Positions 40,414 to 51,336 of a DNA stretch of 64,000 nucleotides are shown here, piece by piece (the stretch's first letter is position 1; each line of letters starts with the position of its first letter). A program made the position numbers and the translations under genes. Origin of the DNA: Bryobacterales bacterium (GTDB lineage: Bacteria > Acidobacteriota > Terriglobia > Bryobacterales > UBA6623); contig OY729428.2 of the NCBI GenBank assembly GCA_963422375.2, forward strand, positions 544,001-608,000, read 5' to 3'. The notes beneath the pieces are model-generated. The model did no database searches and was not told where the DNA came from. It saw nothing but the letters and a program-made list of their open reading frames with translations.

Positions 40414-43400
40414 ATGTGCGTTCCACTTCCGCGGCGTTCGGGCCGTCATACCGCGGCGCTCGCGGGGGCCCTCGCGGCCATCCTAGCCCTGTGCTTCGCG
40501 CCCGCAGCGACGGCGCAGAACACCGCCACCATCACCGGCATCGTGACCGACGTGTCAGGCGCCGTCATCCCGGGCGCCACCGTCACGGTCACCAAGGACG
40601 AGACGGGCGGGGTCACCGAGGTCTCGACCAACGAGGTAGGCACCTACACGGCGGCGGCCCTCGATCTGGGCACCTACGCCGTGGAAGTCTCAACGCCCGG
40701 CTTCAAGTCGTTCCGGCGTCCGGGCGTGGTGCTCAACGTCCGCGACCGCGTGCGCATCGACGTAGCCCTCGAACTGGGCGAGGTCACCGAGACCATCGAG
40801 GTAACCGAGACGGCGGTGCAGCTGCAGACCGAGAGCGCCACGGTCGAGGAGGTGGTGTCCGGCAAGCAGGTCGAGAACATCGCCATGAACGGCCGCAACT
40901 TCATGCAGCTGGCCGCCTTGGTTCCGGGCGCGTCCTCAACGAACAACTTCGGGTTCAATACGCCGACCGGCGTGGGCTCGGGCGGCGCGGCCAGCATTTC
41001 GTTCAACGGCATGCGGCGCAACCACAACGTGTGGCGCGTGGACGGGCAGGAGAACTACGATCGCGGCTGCGGCGGGTGCGTGGAAGTGCTGCCGTCGATC
41101 GACGCCATTCAGGAATTCAAGGTATCGACCGCGAACGCGGACTCCGACGCCGGCTTCGGCGCCGGCGGCCAGATCAACATCGCGATCAAGGCCGGCCGGC
41201 AGGATTTCCACGGCACCTTCTACGAATTCATCCGCAACGACGCCTTCGACGCCAACAACTTCTTCGCCAACCTCAACGGCCGCGACAAGCCCAAGCTGCG
41301 CTACAACAACTTCGGCTACAACGTGGGCGGGCCGATCTCGTTCGGCGGCTACAACCGCGACAAGACCAAGACGTTCTTCTTCTGGAACCACGAGTGGCGT
41401 AAGATCCGCATCGACCGGCTGTTCAACCGCAACGCCGCCTCCGCGGCGATCCGCGAGGGCGACTTCGCCGCCGAGGGCGAAATCACGGACCCGCTGACGG
41501 ACCAGCCCTTCCCCAACAGCCGGATTCCCGCCAGCCGGATCGACCCTAACGCCGCGATCCTCGCCGACCCCGGCTTCGTGCTGCCGCTGCCGAACACGTC
41601 CGAAGGCACGTTCATCGGCACCGGCGGGTCCCCGCTGGACGTGCAGCAGCAGATCCTGCGCGTGGACCAGAACGTCAACAACAGGAACCGGGTCTTCTTC
41701 CGGTTCATCATGGACACCAACAAGCAGACCTTTCCGACCACGCAATGGTCGAACCAGAGCTATCCGACGATCGGCACGGAGTTCACCAACCCGCCCAAGA
41801 AGTTCCTCCTGCAGTGGACCTCGGAGCTGTCGCCGAACGTGGTCAACGAGACCTCGGTCGGATTCTCCAGGCAGCCGCTCACGCTGCAGCCCACCGGGAA
41901 CTTCGCCCGCCCTAGCTCGCTGAACATCCCCGAGCTGTTCCCGGACAACCGGGCCAACCGGATTCCGAACCTGTCCTTCAGCGGCGCGCTGAACGTGAAC
42001 GTCAACACGGGATCTTGGCCCTGGGACAACGTCCTGAACACTTGGCAGTTCCGCAACAACGTCCTGTGGGCGCGCGGCAACCATACGATCCGCATCGGGG
42101 CCGAGTACATGCCGTTCGACAAACAGCAGGACCTGTTCGGCCCCACGCAGGGAGCGTTCACGTTCAACCGCGCCGGAGTCGGCCACGAGTTCGGCAACTT
42201 CCTGCTCGGACGGTCCTTCCGCTACAACGAGATGGAGGTCCAGACCGCGCCGTTCTACCTGACGCGGTCCGGCGGGCTGTGGCTGAGCGACGCATGGCGC
42301 GTCACGCCCCGGCTGACGCTGAATCTTTCGCTGCGCTACGACATGCTGCCGCATTCCTACGAGGACCGGGACCAGATCGCGGGCTTCTTCCCGCACCTGT
42401 TCGACTTCGACCAAGCGGCGACGGTGCTCGACAACGGGCAGATCGCGCCCGACTCCGGGGCCCCGCTCAACGGCATCGGCATCGCCGGCCAGGGCGGCAT
42501 CCCGCGCGGGCTGACGCAGAACCACTGGGCCCTGTTCACGCCGCGCATCGGCATCGCCTACCGGCCCATCGGCGACGACACGGTCTTCCGCATCGGCTAC
42601 GGCATCTTCCACGAACGCATCCAGGGCAACGACATCTACAACATCGGCCCCAACCCGCCGTTCTCCTACACCGCCTCGATCTTCTCCGCCCAGCTGAGCA
42701 ATCCGGGCGGCGGCTCCGCGGCCAGCTTCCCCGGCAGCCTGCGCACCTACGACGGCGCCTACAAGATTCCGCAGGTGCAGAACTGGAACATGGGCGCCCA
42801 GCAGCGCCTCGCCGGCGGCGTCGTGCTCACCGGCTCCTACATCGGCACGGCCGGGTCGTACCTGCAGACCGTGCGCAACATCAACCAGCCCATCCCGATC
42901 GGCGCCCAGTACGTGCGCGAGGGCAACCGCATAGTCAACCAGGTCCGGCCCTACCGGGGCTGGGACCAGATCCAAATGTACGAGAACTCGACGAACTCCT
43001 CGTACCACTCGCTGCAAGCCAGCCTGCGGACCGAGGAATGGCACGGCCTCACCCTGCAGACCTCGTACACGTGGTCCAAGGCGATCGACTACACGAGCGG
43101 GGACGTGGGCGGCACCAAGCACCAGGACTCCTACAACCCGCGCGCCGAGCGGGGGCTCTCCTCCTTCGACCGCCGCCACATCCTGCTGTTCAGCTACGTG
43201 TACGACCTGCCGACGCCGGCCGGCTGGAGCAGCGGGCTGAAGGCGGTCCTCGGCGACTGGACCCTCTCGGGCATCAGCGCCTTCCAGACCGGCACGCCCC
43301 TCAACATCACCGTCGCGGGCGATCCTCACGGCATCGGCCAGTGCGCGGGCTGCCGGCCGAACGGCGCGAGCGATCCGAACCTGAGCGGCGGCCAGACCCG

Positions 43401-43692
43401 GGACCGCTTCTTCAACCCTGACGCCTTCGCCGCCCCCGCGCCGGGCGTTTTCGGCAATCTCGGCCGCAACGCCGTCACGCGGGCGGGCACCAACAACTGG
43501 GACATCTCGCTGTTCAAGAGCGTGCCGGTCAGCGAGAGCACCCGCGTGCAGTTCCGCCTCGAGGCCTTCAACGCGCTGAACCACACGCAGTGGACAGGCT
43601 TCCGCACCACTTTCGGGGGCGGCGGGTTCGGCAGCGTCAACGCGGCCCGGGACGCGCGGGTATTCCAGCTAGGGCTTAAGCTGCATTGGTAG
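40414..43692 (+). CDS. TonB-dependent receptor, Oar-like/acidobacterial type
   Basis: aggagg RBS; signal peptide; carboxypeptidase-regulatory N-domain; GRNFMQL..LVPG; PSIDAIQEFKV; RND.FDANNFF; LTLNL.LRYD; QFRLEAFN..NH; RVFQLGLKL.W. Confidence 0.95.
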   Translation: MCVPLPRRSGRHTAALAGALAAILALCFAPAATAQNTATITGIVTDVSGAVIPGATVTVTKDETGGVTEVSTNEVGTYTAAALDLGTYAVEVSTPGFKSFRRPGVVLNVRDRVRIDVALELGEVTETIEVTETAVQLQTESATVEEVVSGKQVENIAMNGRNFMQLAALVPGASSTNNFGFNTPTGVGSGGAASISFNGMRRNHNVWRVDGQENYDRGCGGCVEVLPSIDAIQEFKVSTANADSDAGFGAGGQINIAIKAGRQDFHGTFYEFIRNDAFDANNFFANLNGRDKPKLRYNNFGYNVGGPISFGGYNRDKTKTFFFWNHEWRKIRIDRLFNRNAASAAIREGDFAAEGEITDPLTDQPFPNSRIPASRIDPNAAILADPGFVLPLPNTSEGTFIGTGGSPLDVQQQILRVDQNVNNRNRVFFRFIMDTNKQTFPTTQWSNQSYPTIGTEFTNPPKKFLLQWTSELSPNVVNETSVGFSRQPLTLQPTGNFARPSSLNIPELFPDNRANRIPNLSFSGALNVNVNTGSWPWDNVLNTWQFRNNVLWARGNHTIRIGAEYMPFDKQQDLFGPTQGAFTFNRAGVGHEFGNFLLGRSFRYNEMEVQTAPFYLTRSGGLWLSDAWRVTPRLTLNLSLRYDMLPHSYEDRDQIAGFFPHLFDFDQAATVLDNGQIAPDSGAPLNGIGIAGQGGIPRGLTQNHWALFTPRIGIAYRPIGDDTVFRIGYGIFHERIQGNDIYNIGPNPPFSYTASIFSAQLSNPGGGSAASFPGSLRTYDGAYKIPQVQNWNMGAQQRLAGGVVLTGSYIGTAGSYLQTVRNINQPIPIGAQYVREGNRIVNQVRPYRGWDQIQMYENSTNSSYHSLQASLRTEEWHGLTLQTSYTWSKAIDYTSGDVGGTKHQDSYNPRAERGLSSFDRRHILLFSYVYDLPTPAGWSSGLKAVLGDWTLSGISAFQTGTPLNITVAGDPHGIGQCAGCRPNGASDPNLSGGQTRDRFFNPDAFAAPAPGVFGNLGRNAVTRAGTNNWDISLFKSVPVSESTRVQFRLEAFNALNHTQWTGFRTTFGGGGFGSVNAARDARVFQLGLKLHW

Positions 43693-43693
43693 C

Positions 43694-44785
43694 TTGACCG
43701 CGCGAGGCAGCCGGGATCCGATTTTCCGCCGGGCAGTGGCGGCGATCCCGGCCTGCCTCGCGCTCCTGACCGGCGCCCCGGCGCAGGATCCGGGCGCGGC
43801 GGATCTCACGCGCCGAGGCTCGGCGCACCTCGAGCGGGGCGAGCTGCAGCCGGCGCTCGAGGCCTTCCGAGGCGCGCTGAGAGCGCGTCCGGACGACCCC
43901 GCGCTCGAATACAACGTGGGGCTGGCGCTGTTTCGCATGGGCCGCTTCGACGAAGCCCGCGGGCCGCTGGGGCGCGCCCTCGCGCATCCCCCTTCCGCCC
44001 TCGGAGCGCGCTTCATGCGCGGCATCATCCGCTTCAGGACGGAGGAGTTCGAGGAGGCGGCGCAGGACCTCGAGTTCGTTCGCGAGCACCCGCGGCTAGG
44101 CGAGCAGGCGCTCTACATGCTGACGGAGTGCCTCCGGAAGGCCGGCCGGGAGCAGGGGGCCCGGCGGGCGTTCCTCGACCTGCAGGGCCGCTATCCGGGC
44201 TCGGCGTTCTACCACAAGCTCATGGGCACGGCCTACGACGCCGACGGCCTGACCGAGCAGGCGCTGGCGGAATTCCGCGCCGCCCTGCGCAAGAGCCCCG
44301 GCTTGCCGGAAGCGGCCTTCGCGATCGGCTACATGCATTACAAGCGGCGCGACCACGAGCAGGCGGCCGCGTGGCTGCGCAGGGAGCTCGAGGGGCAGCC
44401 CTGCTACGCCCGGGCGCACTTCTACCTCGGCGAGATCGCCCTGGCCGCCGGCGACCTGTCCACGGCCGGCGAGCGCTTCCGACGCGCCGCGAGCTGCGAC
44501 GGGGGCTACGCCGACGCGCACGCGGGCCTTGGAACCGCCTACGAGCGGCTCGGGCGCCTCGAGGAAGCGGCGGCCGCGCTGCGCAAGGCGACGGACCTCG
44601 ACCCCGGGAGCGCGCGGGCCCACTACAGGCTGTCGCGCGTGCTGCTGCGACTCGGGCGGCAGGGCGAGGCGGCCGCGGCCATGGAGACCGTCGACAGGAT
44701 CCATGCCGCGAGCCACCGCTCGGCCCGGGAAGCGCTGGGAGGCGAGGACGGCCCGGAGACGGCGGAGGGCAAGGGACCTCGGTAG
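43694..44785 (+). CDS. Tetratricopeptide repeat protein
   Basis: Many TPR units (YNVGLALF, FAIGY, HFYLGEI, HAGLG, HYRLSR); directly after the TonB receptor. Confidence 0.88.
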   Translation: MTARGSRDPIFRRAVAAIPACLALLTGAPAQDPGAADLTRRGSAHLERGELQPALEAFRGALRARPDDPALEYNVGLALFRMGRFDEARGPLGRALAHPPSALGARFMRGIIRFRTEEFEEAAQDLEFVREHPRLGEQALYMLTECLRKAGREQGARRAFLDLQGRYPGSAFYHKLMGTAYDADGLTEQALAEFRAALRKSPGLPEAAFAIGYMHYKRRDHEQAAAWLRRELEGQPCYARAHFYLGEIALAAGDLSTAGERFRRAASCDGGYADAHAGLGTAYERLGRLEEAAAALRKATDLDPGSARAHYRLSRVLLRLGRQGEAAAAMETVDRIHAASHRSAREALGGEDGPETAEGKGPR

Positions 44786-44824
44786 CGACAGCGTCCGGGC
44801 CCGGGCGGGTGAGAATAGGAAGGG

Positions 44825-45388
44825 ATGATCCTCGTCGTCGATAACTACGACTCGTTCACCTTCAACCTGGTGCAGTACCTCGGCGAGCTGGGCGCCTCGA
44901 TGACGGTGCGGCGCAACGACGAGATCTCGGTCGCCGAGGCCCGCGCGATTCGGCCCGAGCGGATCGTCGTCTCGCCCGGTCCCTGCACCCCGCGGGAGGC
45001 CGGCATCTCCGTCGAGCTGATCCGGGCGATGGCCTCCGAGGTGCCAATCCTCGGAGTCTGCCTAGGCCACCAGTCGATCGGCGAGGCGTTCGGCGGCAGG
45101 GTCGTGCGCGCCCCCTACCTGATGCACGGCAAGACCAGCCGCATCCGGCACGACGGCCGCACCGTATTCGAGGGTGTCGACCAGGACTTCGTGGCCACGC
45201 GCTACCACTCGCTGGTCGTCGAGCGCGAGACGCTGCCGGGCGAGCTGGAGATGTCGGCCTGGACCGCGGACGGCATCGTGATGGGCCTCCGGCACCGCGC
45301 CTTCCCCGTGGAGGGCGTGCAGTTCCACCCGGAATCCATCCTCACCGAGGCAGGCAAGGCGCTGCTGGGCAACTTCCTGCGGCGCTGA
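44825..45388 (+). CDS. trpG: Anthranilate/aminodeoxychorismate synthase component II (glutamine amidotransferase)
   Basis: [39 protein letters not shown]; trpG and pabA cannot be told apart from these motifs. Confidence 0.93.
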   Translation: MILVVDNYDSFTFNLVQYLGELGASMTVRRNDEISVAEARAIRPERIVVSPGPCTPREAGISVELIRAMASEVPILGVCLGHQSIGEAFGGRVVRAPYLMHGKTSRIRHDGRTVFEGVDQDFVATRYHSLVVERETLPGELEMSAWTADGIVMGLRHRAFPVEGVQFHPESILTEAGKALLGNFLRR

Positions 45389-45424
45389 CCGCGGCCGGCC
45401 GCGGGGCGATCCGCCCGACTCCCC

Positions 45425-46222
45425 ATGCATCCGACCGCGCAGTCCCCCCCGCTGCTGGACTTCCGCAACATCACCGTCTACCGCGGCGACACCCTGGCGC
45501 TCGACGCCGTCTCGCTGCAGATCCCGCTCGGACAGCATCTGGCGATCATCGGCCCCAACGGCTCCGGCAAGTCCACCCTCATCCGCACGATGATGCGCTA
45601 CGACCATCCCGTCCGGCGCCACGGCCCGGTCATGCGGCTATTCGGGCGATCCGACTGGCACGTCCACGACATGCGCAAGCTCGTCGCGGTGGTCTCGAAC
45701 GAGATGGCGCAGGCCTGCTCACGAAGCGCCACGGGGCGCAGCGTGGTCCTGTCGGGCTACTACTCGAGCTTCGAGCTGTGGCCCCAGCACCCCGTCACCG
45801 AGGAGATGGAACGCCGCGGGCGGGAGGTCCTAGGCCTGATGAACGCATCCCACCTGCGCGACAAGCCGGTCAACGCGATGTCGACCGGCGAGGCCAAGCG
45901 CGTGGTCATCGGGCGGGCGCTGGTCAACCGGCCGCTGGCGCTGCTGCTGGACGAGCCCTCCAACGGCCTCGACATCCGGTCGGCGCTGGAGCTGCGCGAG
46001 GCGCTGCGCGGGATCGCCGCGGGAGGCACCAGCCTGATCTACGTCACACACCACCTGCCCGACATCGTGCCGGAGGTGACGCGCGTCATCCTCCTGAGCG
46101 AGGGCCGGATCCACGCCGACGGGCCCAAGGAGCGCCTGCTGTCCTCCGCGACCCTGTCGCAGGTCTACGGCATGCCGATCGAGGTCGAGCGCAAGGACGG
46201 CTACTACAACTGCTGGGCCTGA
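45425..46222 (+). CDS. ABC transporter ATP-binding protein (ModF-like)
   Basis: GPNGSGKST, MSTGE..R..IGRAL, LLLDEP, VTHH. Confidence 0.9.
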   Translation: MHPTAQSPPLLDFRNITVYRGDTLALDAVSLQIPLGQHLAIIGPNGSGKSTLIRTMMRYDHPVRRHGPVMRLFGRSDWHVHDMRKLVAVVSNEMAQACSRSATGRSVVLSGYYSSFELWPQHPVTEEMERRGREVLGLMNASHLRDKPVNAMSTGEAKRVVIGRALVNRPLALLLDEPSNGLDIRSALELREALRGIAAGGTSLIYVTHHLPDIVPEVTRVILLSEGRIHADGPKERLLSSATLSQVYGMPIEVERKDGYYNCWA

Positions 46223-48060
46223 GCCCCGTCGGCCGGGACGAAGTGGGCGCGCACGGCTTCGGCGCGCTGCCGGCCGACCGCAGCGGCCAGCTCCTCGACG
46301 GGGCAGTCGCGAATCCGCGCCAGGCTGCCGAACTCCTGCAGCAGCTTGCGGGCGGTGGCCGGGCCGATGCCTTCAATCTCGAGCAGCTCCGACTGCAGCG
46401 AGCGCTTGGCGCGCCGCTGCCGGTGAAAGGCGATCGCGAACCGGTGCGCCTCGTCGCGGATCTGCTGGACCGCGTGGAGAATCGGGTGAAAGCGGTCGAG
46501 CCGCAGCGGCTCGTCCTCCTGGCCGAAGACGTACAGCAGCTCCTCCTTCTTGGCGATCGCCGCGAGCGGCTGCGCCGCGGCGCCCAGTTCCTCCAAGGCC
46601 TCGGCGGCCGCGTGGAGCTGCCCTACGCCGCCGTCCACCAGGACCAGCGACGGGAAGGGCCTGCCCTCGGCCCGCAGGCGCGCGTAGCGCCGGCTGACGA
46701 CCTCGCGCATCGCGGCGAAGTCGTCGTTCGCCTGGCGGCTGACGATGTACTTGCGGTACTCGCTCTTGCGCATCCCCCGGTCGTCCCACACGACCATCGA
46801 GGCCACCACCTCGACGCCCTGCGTGTGCGAGATGTCGAAGCACTCGACCCGCGTGCCGGCCCGCGACCCGTCCTCGGGAGGCGGCAGGTTCAGCGCCTCG
46901 CGCCACGCCTCGGCAACCCGGGCCGGGCTCGGCTTCCGCACACGGAAACGCTGCTCGAAGCAGTTGCGGGCGTTCGTCGTGACCAGGTCGAGCAGGGCCT
47001 TGTTCGAGCCGCGCTTGGGAACGGCGATGTCGACCTTGGAGCCGCGCCGCTCGGCGAGCAGCTCGGCCAGCGCGGCCATGCTCTCGAATTCCGCCGGCAC
47101 GCGAACCAAGGCCGGCACCTGGCGCTGCCCCAGGTACACTTGCGGCAGCAGCGTGCCGAGGAACTCGGCGATGTCGAAGGTCTCGACCTCCTCCCAGTAG
47201 AACTCCCGCCGGTCCACGACGCGCCCGTTGCGCACGTGGAATATGTTGGCGGCGACGAGCGGGGGCTCGGCGTGCAGGCCGAAGATGTCGATGTCCCGGC
47301 CCTCGGCCGCCGCCATGCGCTGGCGCTGGGTGATCTCCTCGACGGTGGTGACGAGGTCGCGCAGGCCCGCAGCCTTCTCGAACTCCAGCGCCCCGGACGC
47401 CTGCAGCATGCGCTCGCGCAGATCGCCGACCAGCTCCTTGCGACGGCCGCCGAGGAAGGCCCTGACGTCCGCGGCCGCCCGCTCGTAGGTCTCGTCGGAA
47501 ACCAAGCCCTGCACGCACGGCCCCCAGCAACGATGGATGTGGTACTCGAGGCACGGCCGCTGGTGGCGGCGCGTGAGGTCGATGCGGCAGGAGGGCAGCC
47601 TGAAGTGCCGGTGGATGAAATGCACCAGGCGGTGGGCGAGGTTGCCTGGAAAGAACGGCCCGAAGTAGGTTGACCCGTCCTTCTTCAGGCGCCGGGTCAC
47701 GTAGACCCGGGGGTATTTCTCGCGCGTCAGCCGGATGTAGGGGTAGGTCTTGTCGTCCCGGAGGAGGACGTTGTACTTCGGCTTGTGCTCCTTGATCAGG
47801 TTATTCTCGAGCGCCAGCGCCTCCTTCTCGTTGCGGACGAGAATGCTGCCGAGGGCCGTCGACTCGAGGAGCAGGCCGGCCCGCTTGGAGTCGGCGAGCG
47901 CGTCGCTCGAGAAGTAGTTGCGGACCCGGTCGCGCAGGCACTTGGCCTTGCCGATGTAGAGCACCTGCTCGTCCGCGCCCTTGAACAGGTAGACTCCGGG
48001 CACCGTCGGCAGCTCCCACGCGGCTTCCTTGAGCCGGTCCCAGTGCGGCGGAAGAGGCAT
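46204..48060 (-). CDS. uvrC: Excinuclease ABC subunit C
   Basis: PGVY, YIGKAK.LR.RV..YF, EALALE.NLIK...PKYN.LLRDDKTYPY, YFGPF, ECFDISH, DDFAAMREV..RRY, VDGG.GQ, IRDEAHRFA, HhH GIGP. Confidence 0.97.
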   Translation of the reverse strand: MPLPPHWDRLKEAAWELPTVPGVYLFKGADEQVLYIGKAKCLRDRVRNYFSSDALADSKRAGLLLESTALGSILVRNEKEALALENNLIKEHKPKYNVLLRDDKTYPYIRLTREKYPRVYVTRRLKKDGSTYFGPFFPGNLAHRLVHFIHRHFRLPSCRIDLTRRHQRPCLEYHIHRCWGPCVQGLVSDETYERAAADVRAFLGGRRKELVGDLRERMLQASGALEFEKAAGLRDLVTTVEEITQRQRMAAAEGRDIDIFGLHAEPPLVAANIFHVRNGRVVDRREFYWEEVETFDIAEFLGTLLPQVYLGQRQVPALVRVPAEFESMAALAELLAERRGSKVDIAVPKRGSNKALLDLVTTNARNCFEQRFRVRKPSPARVAEAWREALNLPPPEDGSRAGTRVECFDISHTQGVEVVASMVVWDDRGMRKSEYRKYIVSRQANDDFAAMREVVSRRYARLRAEGRPFPSLVLVDGGVGQLHAAAEALEELGAAAQPLAAIAKKEELLYVFGQEDEPLRLDRFHPILHAVQQIRDEAHRFAIAFHRQRRAKRSLQSELLEIEGIGPATARKLLQEFGSLARIRDCPVEELAAAVGRQRAEAVRAHFVPADGAQAQQL

Positions 48061-48128
48061 CCCAGCGCCGACGGCAGCTCCCGGGCCCAGTATAGGCACC
48101 GGACGCGGGAGGGAGGGCGCGCCCGCGG

Positions 48129-49505
48129 CTAGAACTGGATGCGGAGGCGCAGCTGCATCTGGCGCGAGTCGGTATTCGTGCCGCGGATCGTGCCCCCGGC
48201 GGGCGAGCGCACGTTGCGGTTCGGCACGCCGAAGCCGGGGTGGTTCGTCGTGTTGAACACCTCCCGGCGGAACTGCACGCCCGCACGCTCGCTGATGCGG
48301 AAGTCCTTGCTGCAAGCCGAGATCCAAGTTGAAGATGCGGGGCTCCTGCATGCTGTTACGTCGGACGTTGCCGAAATCGGCGCGGCCGCTCTCGTCGGTC
48401 GGAATCGCGAAGGCCGCGCAGTCGTTGCAGCGGTCCGGGCTCGGGTTCGAGACGCGGTGCTCGCCAACCACGTCCGGCCTCCACGCGCCCACCCGCGTGC
48501 CGAGTCGCCCGTACGAGCCCGGCAGCATCCCGTTGTAGTACTGGCCCGTCTGGACCGGCAGCATGCCGCTGAGCAGCCAGCCGCCCAACACGGCGTTGAG
48601 GAGGCCGCCGCGGGCGACGTAGCGCTTGCCCCGTCCGAACGGCTGCTCGATGAGCGCGACGCCTCGGTCTTGGTGTCTCGGTACGTCGCGGCGTTCTCGT
48701 TGTACGAGCTCAGCAGGAAGTTCGACGACGAGCCCACGTACGCCACCGTCAGGCCCAGATCGTTCGACCGCTGCCGCTGCAGGCTCACGTTCCACTGGTA
48801 GGTCGTGGGCAGCGGGAACTCCGTCGACCTGTGCTGCAGCGTGATCCCCCGCGGGCGATTGTCGGCGTCGCTGAGATCGGCCAGGTAGCCCTCGGAAAAG
48901 CCCTCGCGCAGCAGGAAGGCCGGCGCGTCGCGGCCGGGCTGCCGCCGGACCTGCGCCACGAAGGGGAAGTTGGCCAGCATGCGGCCGGACGCGCCGAGGC
49001 CCTGCTGGGGGCCGAAGAACACCCCGGCCCCGCCGCGCGCGGTCCGCTTAGCCGCGGGCTGCCAGTCGAGGCCCACGCGGGGCGCCCAGTTGTTTCTGTC
49101 GGTGTTGACGAGGGCCCGGTCGGACCAGCTGTCGCCATTCTGCCCTGCCCGGATCGTCTGGCCGTGCGTGCCCGCGTCGATCAAGAGCTTGTTCATGCGG
49201 TTGTCCTCGTCGAACCAGGGCGACGTCAGCTCGTATCGCAGGCCCAGGTTGAGCGTCAGCGAGGGCGTGACCTTCCAGTCGTACAGGACGAAGAACATGA
49301 GATGCCGCTGTACTGGCCGTTGAAGTTGAAGATGCCGCGCGAGTTCTGGGATCCGCCGATGTTCGTACGGTCGTAGCGCACGCGCGTGCCCATCACGAGG
49401 CTGTGGTTGCCGCGGATCACCCGCGGGTTGTCCATCCACTGGTAGGTCCAAGTGTCCTTCATGTTGGGCCGGAAGGCCGAGCCACCCGGGCCGATGAATG
49501 GCAGG
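48129..49505 (-). pseudogene. TonB-dependent receptor remnant (C-terminal part, internal deletions and frameshifts)
   Basis: RGNHSL..G, RGIFNFNG, DWKVTPSLTLNLGLRYE, DRNNWAPRVG, YQWNVSLQ, VAYVGS, LGGW.LSG, KDFRI.ER..VQFR.E.FN.TNHP, RQMQL.LR..F across frames; 5' end cut at ~49505. Confidence 0.88.
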
Positions 49506-50610
49506 TGTAGGATCTCACATTAGTTCGCTTGGCATTTCTCGGATTATTCCTGCAGCGGGAAAGGGGGTTTTCTAGCATTAGTCCGCTACTGCAGGAAGAG
49601 AGAGGGGTGAGGTCTGCGTGAAGGGCCGAGGGCTACGGGAGAGTTTCGCAGTAGGCCGGATCGACCGGGGCTCGCCGCGGCCGGTGGCCAGCCAGAACCC
49701 GACCCGGACCTCGCGTGAGCCCGGGGCCATGCCCTTGAAGGCGCCCCCGCCGGGACGGTCTCGGGTGCCGGCGAGGAAGGCGCCTCGGACCGCGCCGTGG
49801 CGGTAGCGGCAGACGGAAGCGGCGTTGCGGCCGCGGTCGGCGTAGAGGCTTCCGGACCGCCGGCAGGCCTCCAGGCGGGCCCGCGCCAGGCCGCGTTCGG
49901 CGGTCGGGAAGCGGCAGACCGGCGGCCACAGGCTCTCCTCGCGCATGGGCAGCCGGGGCGCGGGGGGCGGGGGCCGGCGAGGAAGGCCACGGCTTCGCGG
50001 AAGGCGCACGCACGGGCCTGTGTCACCAGATCGATCCCCCCGCCGCCGCGACCTCGGCGGCGGTCGAAGAACTTGAACCCGCTGATGCTCGGCACCGAGC
50101 CCGGGCGCTTCCAGCGCACGCGGTTGCCGAGGTCACGGCCGCACCTCGCCGCGGGCGCGCTCGGGCCCGGTCCGCGCCGCTTGGTCCAGGGCGGCCGCGG
50201 CGAGAGCGTAATGCGCGAGGCAGTTGACCTGCCTGGGCCGGCCGCGTCGAGCGACTCGACCGCCGCGTCGTCGTCGAACAAGGGCCGCTCGCGCCCGACC
50301 AGGCGCAGGCCGTGCCGCAGGTACGGCCCCAGCGCGTCCGGGGCCAGGCCTTGCAGGTGATGGCGCACCGCAATGCGCTGGGCCAGCGAGGCGTTCACGC
50401 GCAGAGCGAGCCACCGGCGCAGCTCGCCCAGGCCGACCAGCAGCAGGCACAGGCGCCGCCGGGCATCCATGTCGAAGTTGGTCAGCAGACGCAGTTCCGC
50501 GAGCACGTCGTGCCTCAGGTTCCGGGCCTCGTCGAGGACCAGCACGGGCAGCTTGCCGGCCTCGCCGTCGAGGCGGGCGATCTCGGCGCTCAGGCCGACG
50601 CAATGCACGC
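49506..50610 (-). mobile_element. Remnant of a transposon carrying an ExeA-like AAA ATPase fragment and a DUF3991/primase-like fragment
   Basis: TG-initiated end with internal repeats (49513-49529, 49571-49587); LPVLVLDEA.NL...L.ELRLLTNFDMD...LLLVG...LAQRI..R; then KFFD....GGGGIDLV.....C.FREAV.FL and LYAD...NA...FKGMAPGS. Confidence 0.7.
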
Positions 50611-50719
50611 GGTGCAGGGGCCCACTGCATTTGGTGGGATCACCGCGGATTCTTCCCGAACTGGATTGATATCGGATTCGCCGAACGCTGAGAGACTCCG
50701 GGGCAGGCCGCCTGTCGGA

Positions 50720-51170
50720 CCCGCTGTGGTCCACGCGTGAGCGGACCGTCGTGCGCGAGCTGCACGCCGCCGGGGCAGGACGGACGACATGCACGGCTAG
50801 CCCGTGCGCGTTCGAGGTCGCACGCGGTCCCTCCACGAGGGGCGCTACATCGAGCCGAAGGTGCGCCACGGAGGCGGGAGGTACTGGGAGATGGGCCATA
50901 CCGCGGTCATCCACATCGACGGCTCCACGCTTGACGAGCCGAACCTGCTGCTCCCGACCACGGAGCGGTCAAGCCCCAACAGCGCGCACCACCTCGTCTC
51001 CGGCGGAATGTCCGTGGAACGCCAGAGAATCATCGTGGTCAAGGGGGCCATCCCCCCGGGCGCGGCCTACGAGCCGATCACGTCGCGGCTGATTCCGGTC
51101 GGCACGCCCGGCGGGGCCGCGGTCAACCCGGCCCACTTCGAACTACGAGAGGGTGCGCGAAGGACTCTTC
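50720..51170 (+). pseudogene. MlrC (M81 metallopeptidase) C-terminal fragment
   Basis: MHG*PVRVRGR.RSLHEGRY.E..VRHGG...MG.TAV...IIVVKG...AAYEPI...I.V.TPG; no N-terminal domain. Confidence 0.75.
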
Positions 51171-51336
51171 GGGACGGGGCGGGAATAGGAGCGCCGGCTT
51201 CGGCTTGCCGGGAATGATCGCGGGTCCCAACCATTGCGGGGAGGGGCCGGTGAATGCCTTCCGTCGGGAGTCTCGCTATACTGCGGGCGATGATGGTGGC
51301 GTCATGGGTGAGAAGCTAGCGCGGCAGTGTCTGCCG

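Noticed and set aside
40936..43584. Long antisense ORFs here and opposite many other genes
   Set aside because: Expected shadow frames of high-GC coding sequence, with no domain content
46204..48795. 863-aa ORF suggesting a UvrC fusion with an N-terminal extension
   Set aside because: The extension is one frame of the upstream TonB-receptor pseudogene; UvrC starts at 48060
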